Assembly (NCBI GenBank): GCA_030650415.1
Contig: JAUSEG010000012.1
Coordinates: 1 to 45,233, forward strand
Length of the DNA: 45,233 bases
Origin: a bacterium
GTDB lineage: Bacteria > Patescibacteriota > Patescibacteriia > Patescibacteriales > GWC2-42-12
Direction: 5' to 3'
Of this stretch, positions 17,296-26,667 are shown piece after piece (the first letter of the stretch is position 1; each line of letters opens with the position of its first letter). Below the pieces are notes generated by a model, which saw nothing but the letters and a program-made list of their open reading frames with translations, was not told where the DNA came from and searched no databases. The position numbers were made by a program, and so were the translations under genes.

Positions 17296-20200
17296 TTATA
17301 TCCAGGTCACACAGGCGACTTTATCCGACTCTTCTTTAAATCTCATTAATCTGACGCCCTGCGTATCTCGCCCTAGAAGACTGACGCTCTTAAACGGCAA
17401 TCTGATAACCTGGCCTTTTTCCGAAATAATAATTATGTCTTTTTCGTCCATGCTTTCCGCGTTAACTATAAAGGCATTAATCAATTTTCCGGTCTTAGAG
17501 GTTACCTTGGCGGTCTTTATGCCCGACCCGCCTCGGCCTTGGGTTTTATATAGCCCGACACTTGAACGTTTGCCGAAACCATGCTCGGAAATTGCCAAGA
17601 GCTGATATTTTTTAATCTTCTCTTTATCATTTCTGATAATACCCATGCCGACCACCGCGTCTTCTTTCTTTTTTAATCTTATGCCCCTGACGCCGGCCGC
17701 GTTCCTGCCCATATCACGAACGTCGGTTTCTTTAAACCTGATAGCCTGACCCATGGCCGTAATTAACTGGATATGATCATCGCCGTTAGACGGTTTTGTC
17801 CAAATCAATCTATCATCGTCTTTAATTTTAATGGCGATTAAACCGGAGCGCCTGACATTCGAGAAAGCGCCGATCTCCACTTTTTTAACCAAGCCTTTTT
17901 CCGTGGCAAAAAATAGGTACTTGCTCTTAGCTAATTTATCCAGAGGCAAAACCGAGGTGATTTTTTCTCCGCCGGCCAATTGCAAAAAGTTAACGATCGG
18001 CGTGCCCTTAGCGGTTCTTTGCGCTTGGGGTATTTCATAAGCCTTAAGCTGAAAAACTCTACCCTTAGTGGTAAAAAATAATAAATCATTATGAGTCAGA
18101 GTGGTGAACATAAAGTCCACCATATCTTCTTCCTTGGTGGTTAAACCGATAACGCCCTTACCGCCTCGACCCTGAACTTTAAAAGTATCGGGCGTGGTAC
18201 GCTTGATATAGCCGTCGCGAGTCATCATCACTACGGCTTCTTCGTTCGGCACCAAGTCTTCAACGGAAAACTCCTTAACTCCATGAGCAACGATTTTAGT
18301 TCTTCGATCATCACCGAATTTTTCCGTTAAATCTTTAATTTCTTTCTTGATGATGTCTTTAACCTTTACGCTCGACTTTAGAATCGCTTCCAGGTCTTTA
18401 ATTAAAACTCGTTTTTCTTTAAGTTCATTTTCAATTTTCAATCTTTCAAGGTTGGCTAAAGTCGATAGTTTCATGTCCAGAATCGCCTGGGTTTGGCGCT
18501 CGGATAGTTTAAACTTCTTCATTAAATTCACTTTGGCCGCTTCTTTGTCTTTCGAAGCTTTAATTATTTTTATCACCGCGTCAATATTATTTAGAGCGAT
18601 CATTAAGCCTTCTAAAATATGGGCTCGTTCGCGCGCTTTATCTAAATCAAACTGGGTGCGGCGCTTAACCACTTCCGTGCGATGCTTAATATATTCTTCT
18701 AAAACCATTTTTAAGGTTAATACTTTGGGCTGAATGCCGTCGATTAGGGCCAGCATATTAACATGAAAAGTCTCCTGGAGCTGCGTCATCTTAAACAGGC
18801 TGTTTAAAATCTTTTTCGGATAGGCGTCCTTCTTTAAATCAACCACCACTCTAACGCCGTCTTTATCCGATTCGTCGCGCAAGTCTTTTATGCCTTCAAT
18901 TTTCTTTTCTTTTACCAAGTCGGCGATTTTTTCCACTAAAGTGGCCTTATTAACCGCGTAAGGTATCTCGGAAATCACAATTTGAAACGAGCCGTTCTTA
19001 TGTTCGAGCACCTCGGCCACGCCGCGTATGACTATCCCGCCCTTGCCGGTAGCGTAGGCTTGTAAAATATCTTTATGATTATAAATAACACCGCCGGTCG
19101 GAAAATCCGGCCCCTTAACGAACTGCATTAAATCTTCAACCGTAGCTTCGGGGTTAGCGATTAAATGAATTATCGCGTCGGTTAATTCTCTTAAATTATG
19201 AGGCGGAATGCTGGTTGCCATACCGACGGCTATGCCCATAGTGCCGTTTAGCAATAAGTTAGGCAGTTTGGCCGGCATGACCATCGGTTCCAGGTGCGAG
19301 CCGTCAAAATTCGGTATGAAATTAACCGTGTTTTTATCAATATCAAACATCAGTTCCTCGGCAATAGCGGAAAGTTTGGCTTCGGTGTAGCGCATGGCGG
19401 CGGCGCTGTCGCCGTCCATTGAATTATGAACAAAGACTCCCGCAGCTAAACAGAAGTTGTGAGTCTTATCTATAGTTAAATCATAAACATCTTCTTTTCC
19501 GGTCAACCTTATAATTTTGACAACCTTATGATTATTGCTAACCTCCTGCCTAACTAAATCCGGATTACTTTGAAAATATTTTTTTAAGGCTTTCTGCCAA
19601 ACCGGAGCGGCACCATAAGAATAAATTTTATTTCTGGTTTTCTCATAATTTTCTTCATTAAGCATCCATTGCTGTTTTATAATTTCTCGACAAATATTTA
19701 AAAATTTAATTTTACCGGTTTTATTAACAGTATGATTTTTATTGCCCTTGATAATTTTTTCATGCATTCGCAAACGGTACAAAGGATCTTGCCATAGTTT
19801 TTTTAAAGTTTTACTGGCTCGCTTGCTTAACTCGTCCCGTTTTTCCGGATGATCTAAAATATACTGCTTATTGGTTTCGCTTAAAGATCGCTTCATCTTA
19901 TCGCGATATTCGGGATTTTGCCAATTTTTAATATTTCTTTCTGACAAAGATTTCGCGTAACGCGCTTTATTGTCCGGATTAGACCAAAAAGTTTTTCTGC
20001 CTTGCGCGATTTTTTCGCGATATTCGGTGCTTTGATGAAGACTCGCCGCTTGCTCATAATGGATTTTCCAATGTTCACCCCACTGCATTCTGGCAATATT
20101 GTCCGGGTCGTTATTTAACTTGTTAAAATCAATATGATGTCTTACTCGCCCCGCGCTTTTCTTATATTTACCCGCGCTCAAGTTATAATTATCTGCCAAA

Positions 20201-21213
20201 TGATGCGCCGGCACCCACTCATTGGTTTTATTTTGATGTATTAAAATATAATCTTCCCTATTTAATCGATCGGTCTTAACGGAAAGTTTTTGATACAAGG
20301 GCATTAAAGAATCTCCGGATTTTAACTTCTCCGCTTCCAGATAGACGCCACTTCTTAACATGAACAAATGGTTAGGTGTACATTTTATTTCTTCTCCATT
20401 ATCCAATATAATCTTAGTGATTTCCGCCTGTTTTTTGGTCAATCTTGGTTTTTCAATCTTGGCGATAGAAATAAGCCCCAAGCTATTAACGGTATAAGTA
20501 TAATTTTGCTTGCCTCTTTTATATTCTTTTATAAGTTCGCCAAAGCTTAAACCTCTGCCATCGGTCAGTTTTACTTTAGTATCTTTAGTAAAACAGCCGA
20601 AGTTACCCTGCCCGCGCACTAACATGTAGCGCATGGAAAAATCTTGCGCCATTCTGACCATGGAATCATAAACCGCCGTATCGCCGTGCGGATGATACTT
20701 GCCTAAAACTTCTCCGACCACGGTGGCCGATTTCCTGAATCTGGCTCCGGCTCTAAGGCCGATGCTCCACATAGCGTAGAGAATTCTGCGGTGCACCGGC
20801 TTTAAACCGTCGCGCACGTCGGGCAAAGCGCGGGAAACGATCACGCTCATGGCGTAATCCAAATACGATTTTCGCATTTCATCGATCAAGGGTTGCGGTT
20901 CAACCATGCCATAAAGAGTTTTCTCTTTTTTAAAGACAGTCTGGTTAGGAATCGAGCCAATGCCGTTCTTCACTTCCCCATCAACGGCTTCTTCAATTGT
21001 TTCAACTTTCTTTTTAATCGGTACAACCGCTTTATTCTCCCCCTTTAACAAATGGGGCTGGGGGGATTTAATTTCGTTTTTCTCAATTTCCGCCGGCAAA
21101 ACTTCAATTGCCTTTTTTACAGCTTTAATCTTTTCCGGCTCTTTGCTCTCGGGTTTTTTTGGCTTTTTTGCTTTAATTTTCTTTAATATTTTTTTTACCA
21201 TTCTATTTGTCAT
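17296..21213 (-). CDS. gyrA: DNA gyrase subunit A with intein and Lys-rich N-terminal extension
   Basis: [30 protein letters not shown], GyrA-box QGRGGKG. Start could be 21201. Confidence 0.97.
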   Translation of the reverse strand: MTNRMVKKILKKIKAKKPKKPESKEPEKIKAVKKAIEVLPAEIEKNEIKSPQPHLLKGENKAVVPIKKKVETIEEAVDGEVKNGIGSIPNQTVFKKEKTLYGMVEPQPLIDEMRKSYLDYAMSVIVSRALPDVRDGLKPVHRRILYAMWSIGLRAGARFRKSATVVGEVLGKYHPHGDTAVYDSMVRMAQDFSMRYMLVRGQGNFGCFTKDTKVKLTDGRGLSFGELIKEYKRGKQNYTYTVNSLGLISIAKIEKPRLTKKQAEITKIILDNGEEIKCTPNHLFMLRSGVYLEAEKLKSGDSLMPLYQKLSVKTDRLNREDYILIHQNKTNEWVPAHHLADNYNLSAGKYKKSAGRVRHHIDFNKLNNDPDNIARMQWGEHWKIHYEQAASLHQSTEYREKIAQGRKTFWSNPDNKARYAKSLSERNIKNWQNPEYRDKMKRSLSETNKQYILDHPEKRDELSKRASKTLKKLWQDPLYRLRMHEKIIKGNKNHTVNKTGKIKFLNICREIIKQQWMLNEENYEKTRNKIYSYGAAPVWQKALKKYFQSNPDLVRQEVSNNHKVVKIIRLTGKEDVYDLTIDKTHNFCLAAGVFVHNSMDGDSAAAMRYTEAKLSAIAEELMFDIDKNTVNFIPNFDGSHLEPMVMPAKLPNLLLNGTMGIAVGMATSIPPHNLRELTDAIIHLIANPEATVEDLMQFVKGPDFPTGGVIYNHKDILQAYATGKGGIVIRGVAEVLEHKNGSFQIVISEIPYAVNKATLVEKIADLVKEKKIEGIKDLRDESDKDGVRVVVDLKKDAYPKKILNSLFKMTQLQETFHVNMLALIDGIQPKVLTLKMVLEEYIKHRTEVVKRRTQFDLDKARERAHILEGLMIALNNIDAVIKIIKASKDKEAAKVNLMKKFKLSERQTQAILDMKLSTLANLERLKIENELKEKRVLIKDLEAILKSSVKVKDIIKKEIKDLTEKFGDDRRTKIVAHGVKEFSVEDLVPNEEAVVMMTRDGYIKRTTPDTFKVQGRGGKGVIGLTTKEEDMVDFMFTTLTHNDLLFFTTKGRVFQLKAYEIPQAQRTAKGTPIVNFLQLAGGEKITSVLPLDKLAKSKYLFFATEKGLVKKVEIGAFSNVRRSGLIAIKIKDDDRLIWTKPSNGDDHIQLITAMGQAIRFKETDVRDMGRNAAGVRGIRLKKKEDAVVGMGIIRNDKEKIKKYQLLAISEHGFGKRSSVGLYKTQGRGGSGIKTAKVTSKTGKLINAFIVNAESMDEKDIIIISEKGQVIRLPFKSVSLLGRDTQGVRLMRFKEESDKVACVTWI
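19423..20595 (-). mobile_element. Intein, 391 aa, with HNH-type endonuclease
   Basis: GNFG|CFTKDT...IKCTPNHLF...VYDLT...FVHN|SMDGD; [14 protein letters not shown]...EH. Confidence 0.95.
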
Positions 21214-21271
21214 TCCCGCGGCTTGCCCCGTTAAATGCGAAGCATATTTAACTGGGGAGGCGGGAATCCAG
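21208..21271. repeat. TGTCATTCCCGC..GCGGGAATCCAG element with a nested CCCCGTTAAAT element
   Basis: Loop contains CCCCGTTAAATGCGAAGCATATTTAACTGGGG. Confidence 0.85.
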
Positions 21272-21310
21272 ATTATTATATTACTAAATTTATTTTTAAA
21301 TTATCATTTA

Positions 21311-21787
21311 TTATTTCCTCGTGCTACTCGCCGTTCCGGTCGCCACTTCATCCAGCAATTTACCTTTAAGCAAATTTATCTGTTCCGGACTTAATTTCGG
21401 TTCGCCGGATAAATTTTTCTGAATCGTGCCGGCTTGAATTTTTTTTATTTCCGCGACGCCTTGCTTTACCTGCGTCATAGCCTTATCCAATTCAACTTTA
21501 GTCTGACTCCAATTAAATCCACTCTCGGCGCCCTTATCTAAACTGATTTTAAACTCATGCTTTAAATTTATAATCCAAACCACAAAAAATATTACCATCA
21601 AGCAGCTTATTCCCACCCACATCAGCAGTTTTTTTTCTTGCTCGATTTTTTCCGAATCTGTTTCATTCTCCATAGCTGGATCATTTTTTAACTGCTCCGG
21701 TTTCTCTTCTTTTTCAATTTTTTCCGGTAATTTCTTATCGATTTTCTTCCTCGCTTTTGGCATAAAATAACCCTTAAAAATCACCAT
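21311..21787 (-). CDS. Hypothetical single-pass membrane protein
   Basis: TM segment LLMWVGISCLMVIFFVVWII. Confidence 0.65.
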   Translation of the reverse strand: MVIFKGYFMPKARKKIDKKLPEKIEKEEKPEQLKNDPAMENETDSEKIEQEKKLLMWVGISCLMVIFFVVWIINLKHEFKISLDKGAESGFNWSQTKVELDKAMTQVKQGVAEIKKIQAGTIQKNLSGEPKLSPEQINLLKGKLLDEVATGTASSTRK

Positions 21788-21892
21788 TTTATGGTGCCTA
21801 AAACTACCTAAATTATATCAATAAATAACAGATAAGTAAAGAACAAAAAACTCCGCCTAAACGGAGTTTCTATACCTTGAATTATACCTTAA

Positions 21893-22192
21893 TTAAACAA
21901 AAATTTTGGCGAATGGTTCCATGGCTAAAATTTCTTTGGTTTCAGCTTCAGAAATAACCTTGCGTCTTTTAAGAACCTCTATTAATTTACCGACCTTATT
22001 GTCTTCTTTGCGCGTTAAAACCACCAAATCGCCGCGCAGATCGGCCAATTTATCGTCTAAATAATCCTTAGTGACCATCGTGGCTTTAATACTTTTAATT
22101 TCACTTTCAACATTATCAAAACGACTGCCAATGCCATCAAATTCTTTTTTCATCATCCCGGCTAAGATATCAATCGTTATTTTTTTCTCCAT
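21893..22192 (-). CDS. Hypothetical coiled-coil protein
   Basis: 99-aa ORF with downstream terminator AAACTCCG-N6-CGGAGTTT (21849-21869). Confidence 0.7.
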   Translation of the reverse strand: MEKKITIDILAGMMKKEFDGIGSRFDNVESEIKSIKATMVTKDYLDDKLADLRGDLVVLTRKEDNKVGKLIEVLKRRKVISEAETKEILAMEPFAKIFV

Positions 22193-22250
22193 AAATTTGA
22201 ATGTTATGACTTCATTATAAATCGCTAAACTTGCCTTGTCAAGATTATGC

Positions 22251-22895
22251 TTACAACCCCAACACCACTAATTCCATATCCTCCTGCGGCAGGTCTTTTT
22301 TAGAGATTTTCAGTTTTTCTTCATTCCTCGGCTTAAGCCCCAGCTCTTTAATAAACTTTTCCACGCCGTCAATGTCAACCTTTAATCCCGGAATTTTATA
22401 GTGCATGGGGATAACGATTCTGGGCTCAATCTGCGAGATAACTTCCACGGCCTTAGACGCGTTAATTGTATATTTACCGCCCACCGGAATAATTAGAATA
22501 TCCGTGCCCTCTAATTTTTCCAATTGCTTGGTTTCTAAAATATGCCCTAGATCTCCTAGATGGGTGATAGAAATATCTTCCATCTCAATACGATAAATAA
22601 TATTTTTGCCGCGTTCTGCGCCGTCCTTCTCGTCGTGCCAGGCTTCCACGCCTTCAATAAACACGCCCTTAACGTCATATTCTCCGGCCATATTAATAAT
22701 CTGCGGATTGCCGCGAATTGCGCCGGTATTGCTATGATCATGATGATCGTGGCTAACGGTTACGATGTCGGCTTCATAATGCGGCACTTTTAAGCCGATA
22801 TCGGTGCCGAACGGATCGGTGATTAAAGTCACGCCGTCCGACCCGATTTTATCCTGCAATTTAAAACATGATTGTCCTAACCAGGTTATATACAT
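22251..22895 (-). CDS. MBL-fold metallo-hydrolase
   Basis: WLGQSCF, TDP, SHDHHDH, HLGDLG, IPMHY. Confidence 0.92.
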   Translation of the reverse strand: MYITWLGQSCFKLQDKIGSDGVTLITDPFGTDIGLKVPHYEADIVTVSHDHHDHSNTGAIRGNPQIINMAGEYDVKGVFIEGVEAWHDEKDGAERGKNIIYRIEMEDISITHLGDLGHILETKQLEKLEGTDILIIPVGGKYTINASKAVEVISQIEPRIVIPMHYKIPGLKVDIDGVEKFIKELGLKPRNEEKLKISKKDLPQEDMELVVLGL

Positions 22896-22906
22896 AGATT
22901 ATAATT

Positions 22907-23084
22907 TGTCATTGCGAGCGACCATCTAATTTGTCATTCCGGCCTTCGCCAGCTGGCGGAGAGCCTGCCTGCTGGCAGGCGAAGCCGGAATCCAGGAACG
23001 AGTAGAAGAAATGTCTTTACTGGCACCCCCTGGATGCCGGGTCAAGCCCGGCATGACAAGTTAAAAACGCTCCTCGCAATGACA
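22907..23084. repeat. Multi-level nested palindromic element
   Basis: Outer TGTCATTGCGAG..CTCGCAATGACA; inner 22932-23058; two mini-palindromes in the inner loop. Confidence 0.9.
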
Positions 23085-23094
23085 GAAAATTTGT

Positions 23095-23289
23095 TTATTT
23101 ATTTTTACTCAATAAAACTGCTTTCGCCGCTTGCATGATGCTAATATCATTCTTCACTAAATTCTGCGCGTATTTAAGATCTTGCTCGGCGATTCTTCTG
23201 TCCAAATCGCTTAAATAAGCTTTGGCTTTTTCATTAATCGCTTTAAATTCGGCCAATAAATCTTGAACCTGATTGTTTGTATTTGGCAT
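23095..23289 (-). CDS. Small hypothetical protein
   Basis: 64-aa helical ORF in operon orientation. Confidence 0.6.
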   Translation of the reverse strand: MPNTNNQVQDLLAEFKAINEKAKAYLSDLDRRIAEQDLKYAQNLVKNDISIMQAAKAVLLSKNK

Positions 23290-23310
23290 AAAATTATTGT
23301 CTTAAATTAT

Positions 23311-26300
23311 TTATTTTGTCATCTCTGCAACTATTCTTTCAGCATTTTTTCTGTTAACATCCTCGGGAGAACCTCCAACTTTTTTAAAATAGTTAACATA
23401 AGCTTCTATTGCCTCCGCTCTCGTCAATTGTTTGTTTGACTTTTTACTGCCAAAAAATTCTTTTATCGCTTCTCTTTGTTTTTTGCCGGAATTTTCCAAT
23501 TTAAACACTCCCTGCCACTCCTCACCTGAAAATTTAACTTCTGGGCCGGCCTCCTTCGCATCTGGCGTTACCGCGGCTTCGGGGATAGCTCCAGCCGGTT
23601 TCGCGGCTTCAGCCTCTCTTCTCTCTCCGGCTTGGGCAAAAGCTTGCTCAAACAATCCTTCTTTAAATTTTTCAGCCGACCCGTTTATATTTTTAATTTC
23701 TTCAGGCAAAACAGCAGGCCCGCGTTCAATCCCACCAAAATTTTTTCTGCCTTTTTCGCTTTGAGGGTTGTTGCCTGCTAATCTACTTCTTATTTGTCCA
23801 ATATTACCCCTGCCCTTGCCTGGTAGATTTTTTCCTCGCTCACGTCTCGGGCTTCTGTTTGGTTCTTGCGGTTGTTCAATTATAATTTCTCCCGGTGTAG
23901 TAATTGCGGCAGATGCGCCTTCCATTGAATCGTTTAGCGTAGAATCTTCAGCTTTAGGCGCGGCGGGCCTTGAATCTTCGGTGGTATCGTAAATTTTAGC
24001 TTGTCTTTGAAGCTCAGTCCAATTGTCTGCTATTACCTCAATTTCACCGACAATCCCTTTATTACTTTTAAATGTTCTTGTAAAATGTCGTTTGACAGTT
24101 TCTACGGCATCTTTGGGCTCTACCTTATTAGCTTCAACTATATAGGCGCCATAAGCGTTCATGGCTTGAATTAAAGTCATATCAACCATTCCATCAAATA
24201 CCCCTTTCAATTTAAAATTATTTACAATAACATTGTCATATTTCCACTCTGTGCCGAAAAGGCGGAATAGCCATATTCCTGTTTTCATTGTTGTTCCTTT
24301 TTTTTCATTTTCTACTTTTTGCCGTTCTTTCAATTCTTGCTTTGGCGTAAACTCTATAGCGGCCGGCGGAACGACTGGCGCGGTTTCAATCCCGGGTCGT
24401 TTATTCAATTCACGCATCCTGCCCTTGGGTTTAAACCCTTTTTTGCCTGTTGACCAAACGCTTTCGCTGCCGGTCTCTCCTGGTTTGAATCGCCCGCTCT
24501 TAACCTGCGGTTGGTCCGCTTGAATTTTTCTCCTCTCCTCCAGCGCTTCATCGCCAGAATCACCTGCCTCGTTTAACTCGTTTACTTCATCAACGGCACG
24601 ATTAACCTCCCTAAGCCTTTTCTCATTTGCCGCTTGTTCAGCTAATATTTCTTCTACTTTTTCATCAGTCCAATTTCTATCTGAAACGGCAGTTTTAGCA
24701 AGGGGTGAAACAGTTTCCCTTTTTTTCGGTCTAACTTTAATTACTCTTCCAGCTATTTGACTGGTCGCGCCATTTTCCAAATCAATTCCTTCTCGCTCAT
24801 GTGCTCCCGCTCTTTCTCGTTCCTTAGCCTCTGTCGCCCAATTATCATCAGTCGAATCACTGCCAGGCGCTTCTGCCTCGGTCGTTTCTAATTTTTTTCC
24901 TTCATCCGGCCACTCTATTTTAATCATTTTGGCTTTCGCTCCTAGCTCAATTTTTCCCGGTCTGGATTTTACCGGCTCTTTTTCCGCCGGCGTCTTTTCC
25001 ACTTTCAATTCCGCCGGCGTCTTGCTAATTTTATTTATTTTCTCTAGTACCGCATTAACCTCGTCCAGGCTTCTTTTGAGTTTAGTTTGCCTCTGGTTCA
25101 GTTTTTCCTTCCTACTTCTAAACATTTTTAAATTCGCCTCGGCTTGCGCTTTTAATTTTTCACTTTTTTTGACTTCATCTTCCAACGATCCGCCGATTTT
25201 CTTGTAGCTTTGTAGCTTTCTAATAATATCTACTAAATCCTCTATTTCCTGCTCATAAACCCCTTCTTGATTAGTCACTTCTTCCAACAAAACAGAAAAA
25301 CCGTTCAACCTCTCGTTTAAAAACCCTTGCCTCTCTAAGAGCGGCTGGCTAATATAACCCAACTCGAGGTTTAGCGCTTCCTGCTTTTCGTCTATCTTCT
25401 TCATCTCGCGATTTAGCGCTTCCTGCTTTTCGTCTATCTTCTTCTGCCAGGAAATTTCTTGGTTTTTCAATCTGACTAAGGTTTCCTCATCTATAATTTT
25501 TTTATTTTCCTCTTTTTTTTCTCTGAAAATTTCCAAGTCTTCCCTTTCCTTTATAGAAATTTCCAAACTTTCCCTTTCCTTGGCCAAGTTCGGTCCGGTC
25601 TCGGTTTCCAGTTTATTTAGATGCCTTTCCCTTTCCTTGGCTAAGTTCGGTCCGGTCTCGGTTTCCAGTTTATTTAGATGCCTGGCTAAAATTTCGCCAG
25701 CCGCTTTATTCATCTCTTCCGCGGTTTTTTCTGCCAAAACAACTTTTTCCGTGCCCTCTTTACCTTTAACATAAGTCCTAATATATTCTTTTTGATTAAT
25801 TTCTTCCGGACTTAAATCAAATTTTTCAGCCGCTTCCTTCAATTCGTCCGGCTTCAATTTACGTTCTCTTCCTTTATACCCTTTCTTTAATTCTCTGGTG
25901 TCAACTAGCCCTTTTTTACCTTCTAAAGCGTATTTGCTGCCGACAGCTCCTTTAAAAGAGAACCATTCTGCTTTAAGAGAAAACCACTCTGCTAGCTTAT
26001 TTCTGACCTTTAACCCCATGCCTGCCGATTTAAACGCGGACGCGTCATGTTCGGCTTTTAAACCCAGCCGGCCAATTTCTTTTGGAGCGTAAATTTCATC
26101 AAAAAAATCTTCTGAACCATCAAGATTGCTTATAATCTCCTCCCGAGCTACTTTGCCCAAGCCGCCTAAAAAAGCTTGGCTGTTTTCAATTTCTTCATCC
26201 AGCCTGCTAACCACGGCTTGCGCCTCCGGAGAATGTTCCGGCTTTATTTCTTCTTCTTGCTCTTGCTCTTGTTTCAATTCTAATGGCGATGTCTTTTTTG

Positions 26301-26340
26301 GCTCTTCTTGAGTGCCAAAAAATTTGCTTAAGAAACCCAT
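23311..26340 (-). CDS. Large charged coiled-coil hypothetical protein with internal tandem duplications
   Basis: 1009-aa E/K-rich ORF; 42- and 57-bp duplications. Confidence 0.8.
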   Translation of the reverse strand: MGFLSKFFGTQEEPKKTSPLELKQEQEQEEEIKPEHSPEAQAVVSRLDEEIENSQAFLGGLGKVAREEIISNLDGSEDFFDEIYAPKEIGRLGLKAEHDASAFKSAGMGLKVRNKLAEWFSLKAEWFSFKGAVGSKYALEGKKGLVDTRELKKGYKGRERKLKPDELKEAAEKFDLSPEEINQKEYIRTYVKGKEGTEKVVLAEKTAEEMNKAAGEILARHLNKLETETGPNLAKERERHLNKLETETGPNLAKERESLEISIKEREDLEIFREKKEENKKIIDEETLVRLKNQEISWQKKIDEKQEALNREMKKIDEKQEALNLELGYISQPLLERQGFLNERLNGFSVLLEEVTNQEGVYEQEIEDLVDIIRKLQSYKKIGGSLEDEVKKSEKLKAQAEANLKMFRSRKEKLNQRQTKLKRSLDEVNAVLEKINKISKTPAELKVEKTPAEKEPVKSRPGKIELGAKAKMIKIEWPDEGKKLETTEAEAPGSDSTDDNWATEAKERERAGAHEREGIDLENGATSQIAGRVIKVRPKKRETVSPLAKTAVSDRNWTDEKVEEILAEQAANEKRLREVNRAVDEVNELNEAGDSGDEALEERRKIQADQPQVKSGRFKPGETGSESVWSTGKKGFKPKGRMRELNKRPGIETAPVVPPAAIEFTPKQELKERQKVENEKKGTTMKTGIWLFRLFGTEWKYDNVIVNNFKLKGVFDGMVDMTLIQAMNAYGAYIVEANKVEPKDAVETVKRHFTRTFKSNKGIVGEIEVIADNWTELQRQAKIYDTTEDSRPAAPKAEDSTLNDSMEGASAAITTPGEIIIEQPQEPNRSPRRERGKNLPGKGRGNIGQIRSRLAGNNPQSEKGRKNFGGIERGPAVLPEEIKNINGSAEKFKEGLFEQAFAQAGERREAEAAKPAGAIPEAAVTPDAKEAGPEVKFSGEEWQGVFKLENSGKKQREAIKEFFGSKKSNKQLTRAEAIEAYVNYFKKVGGSPEDVNRKNAERIVAEMTK

Positions 26341-26354
26341 ATTTTTTAAATTAA

Positions 26355-26636
26355 TTATAATCTGGCTGACAGCGAAATTTTTAACCTGGCGTCCAAGGCC
26401 TCGGCAACTTTTTGTAAAAAAGCAATGCTCGGATTGTAATTGCCGGATTCCAACCTTGAAACTGCCGATTGCTTTGTGTCGATTTTTCTGGCAAGCTCTT
26501 TTTGAGTTAAACCCTTTTCAATTCTTCTTTTAATAATTATTTCAATCAAAGCAAACTCAGGCCCAAGATTATTATACGCCTTGTTAACTTCTTTGTCTTT
26601 TAATAATTTTGTTTTAAATTGTTGGTAGTTTTTCAT
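26355..26636 (-). CDS. XRE/HigA-like HTH protein
   Basis: R..KGLTQKELA.KI.TKQSAVSRLESG.YNPS. Confidence 0.88.
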   Translation of the reverse strand: MKNYQQFKTKLLKDKEVNKAYNNLGPEFALIEIIIKRRIEKGLTQKELARKIDTKQSAVSRLESGNYNPSIAFLQKVAEALDARLKISLSARL

Positions 26637-26667
26637 ACTATCTATGATAACTTATATGTTCAAAAAA

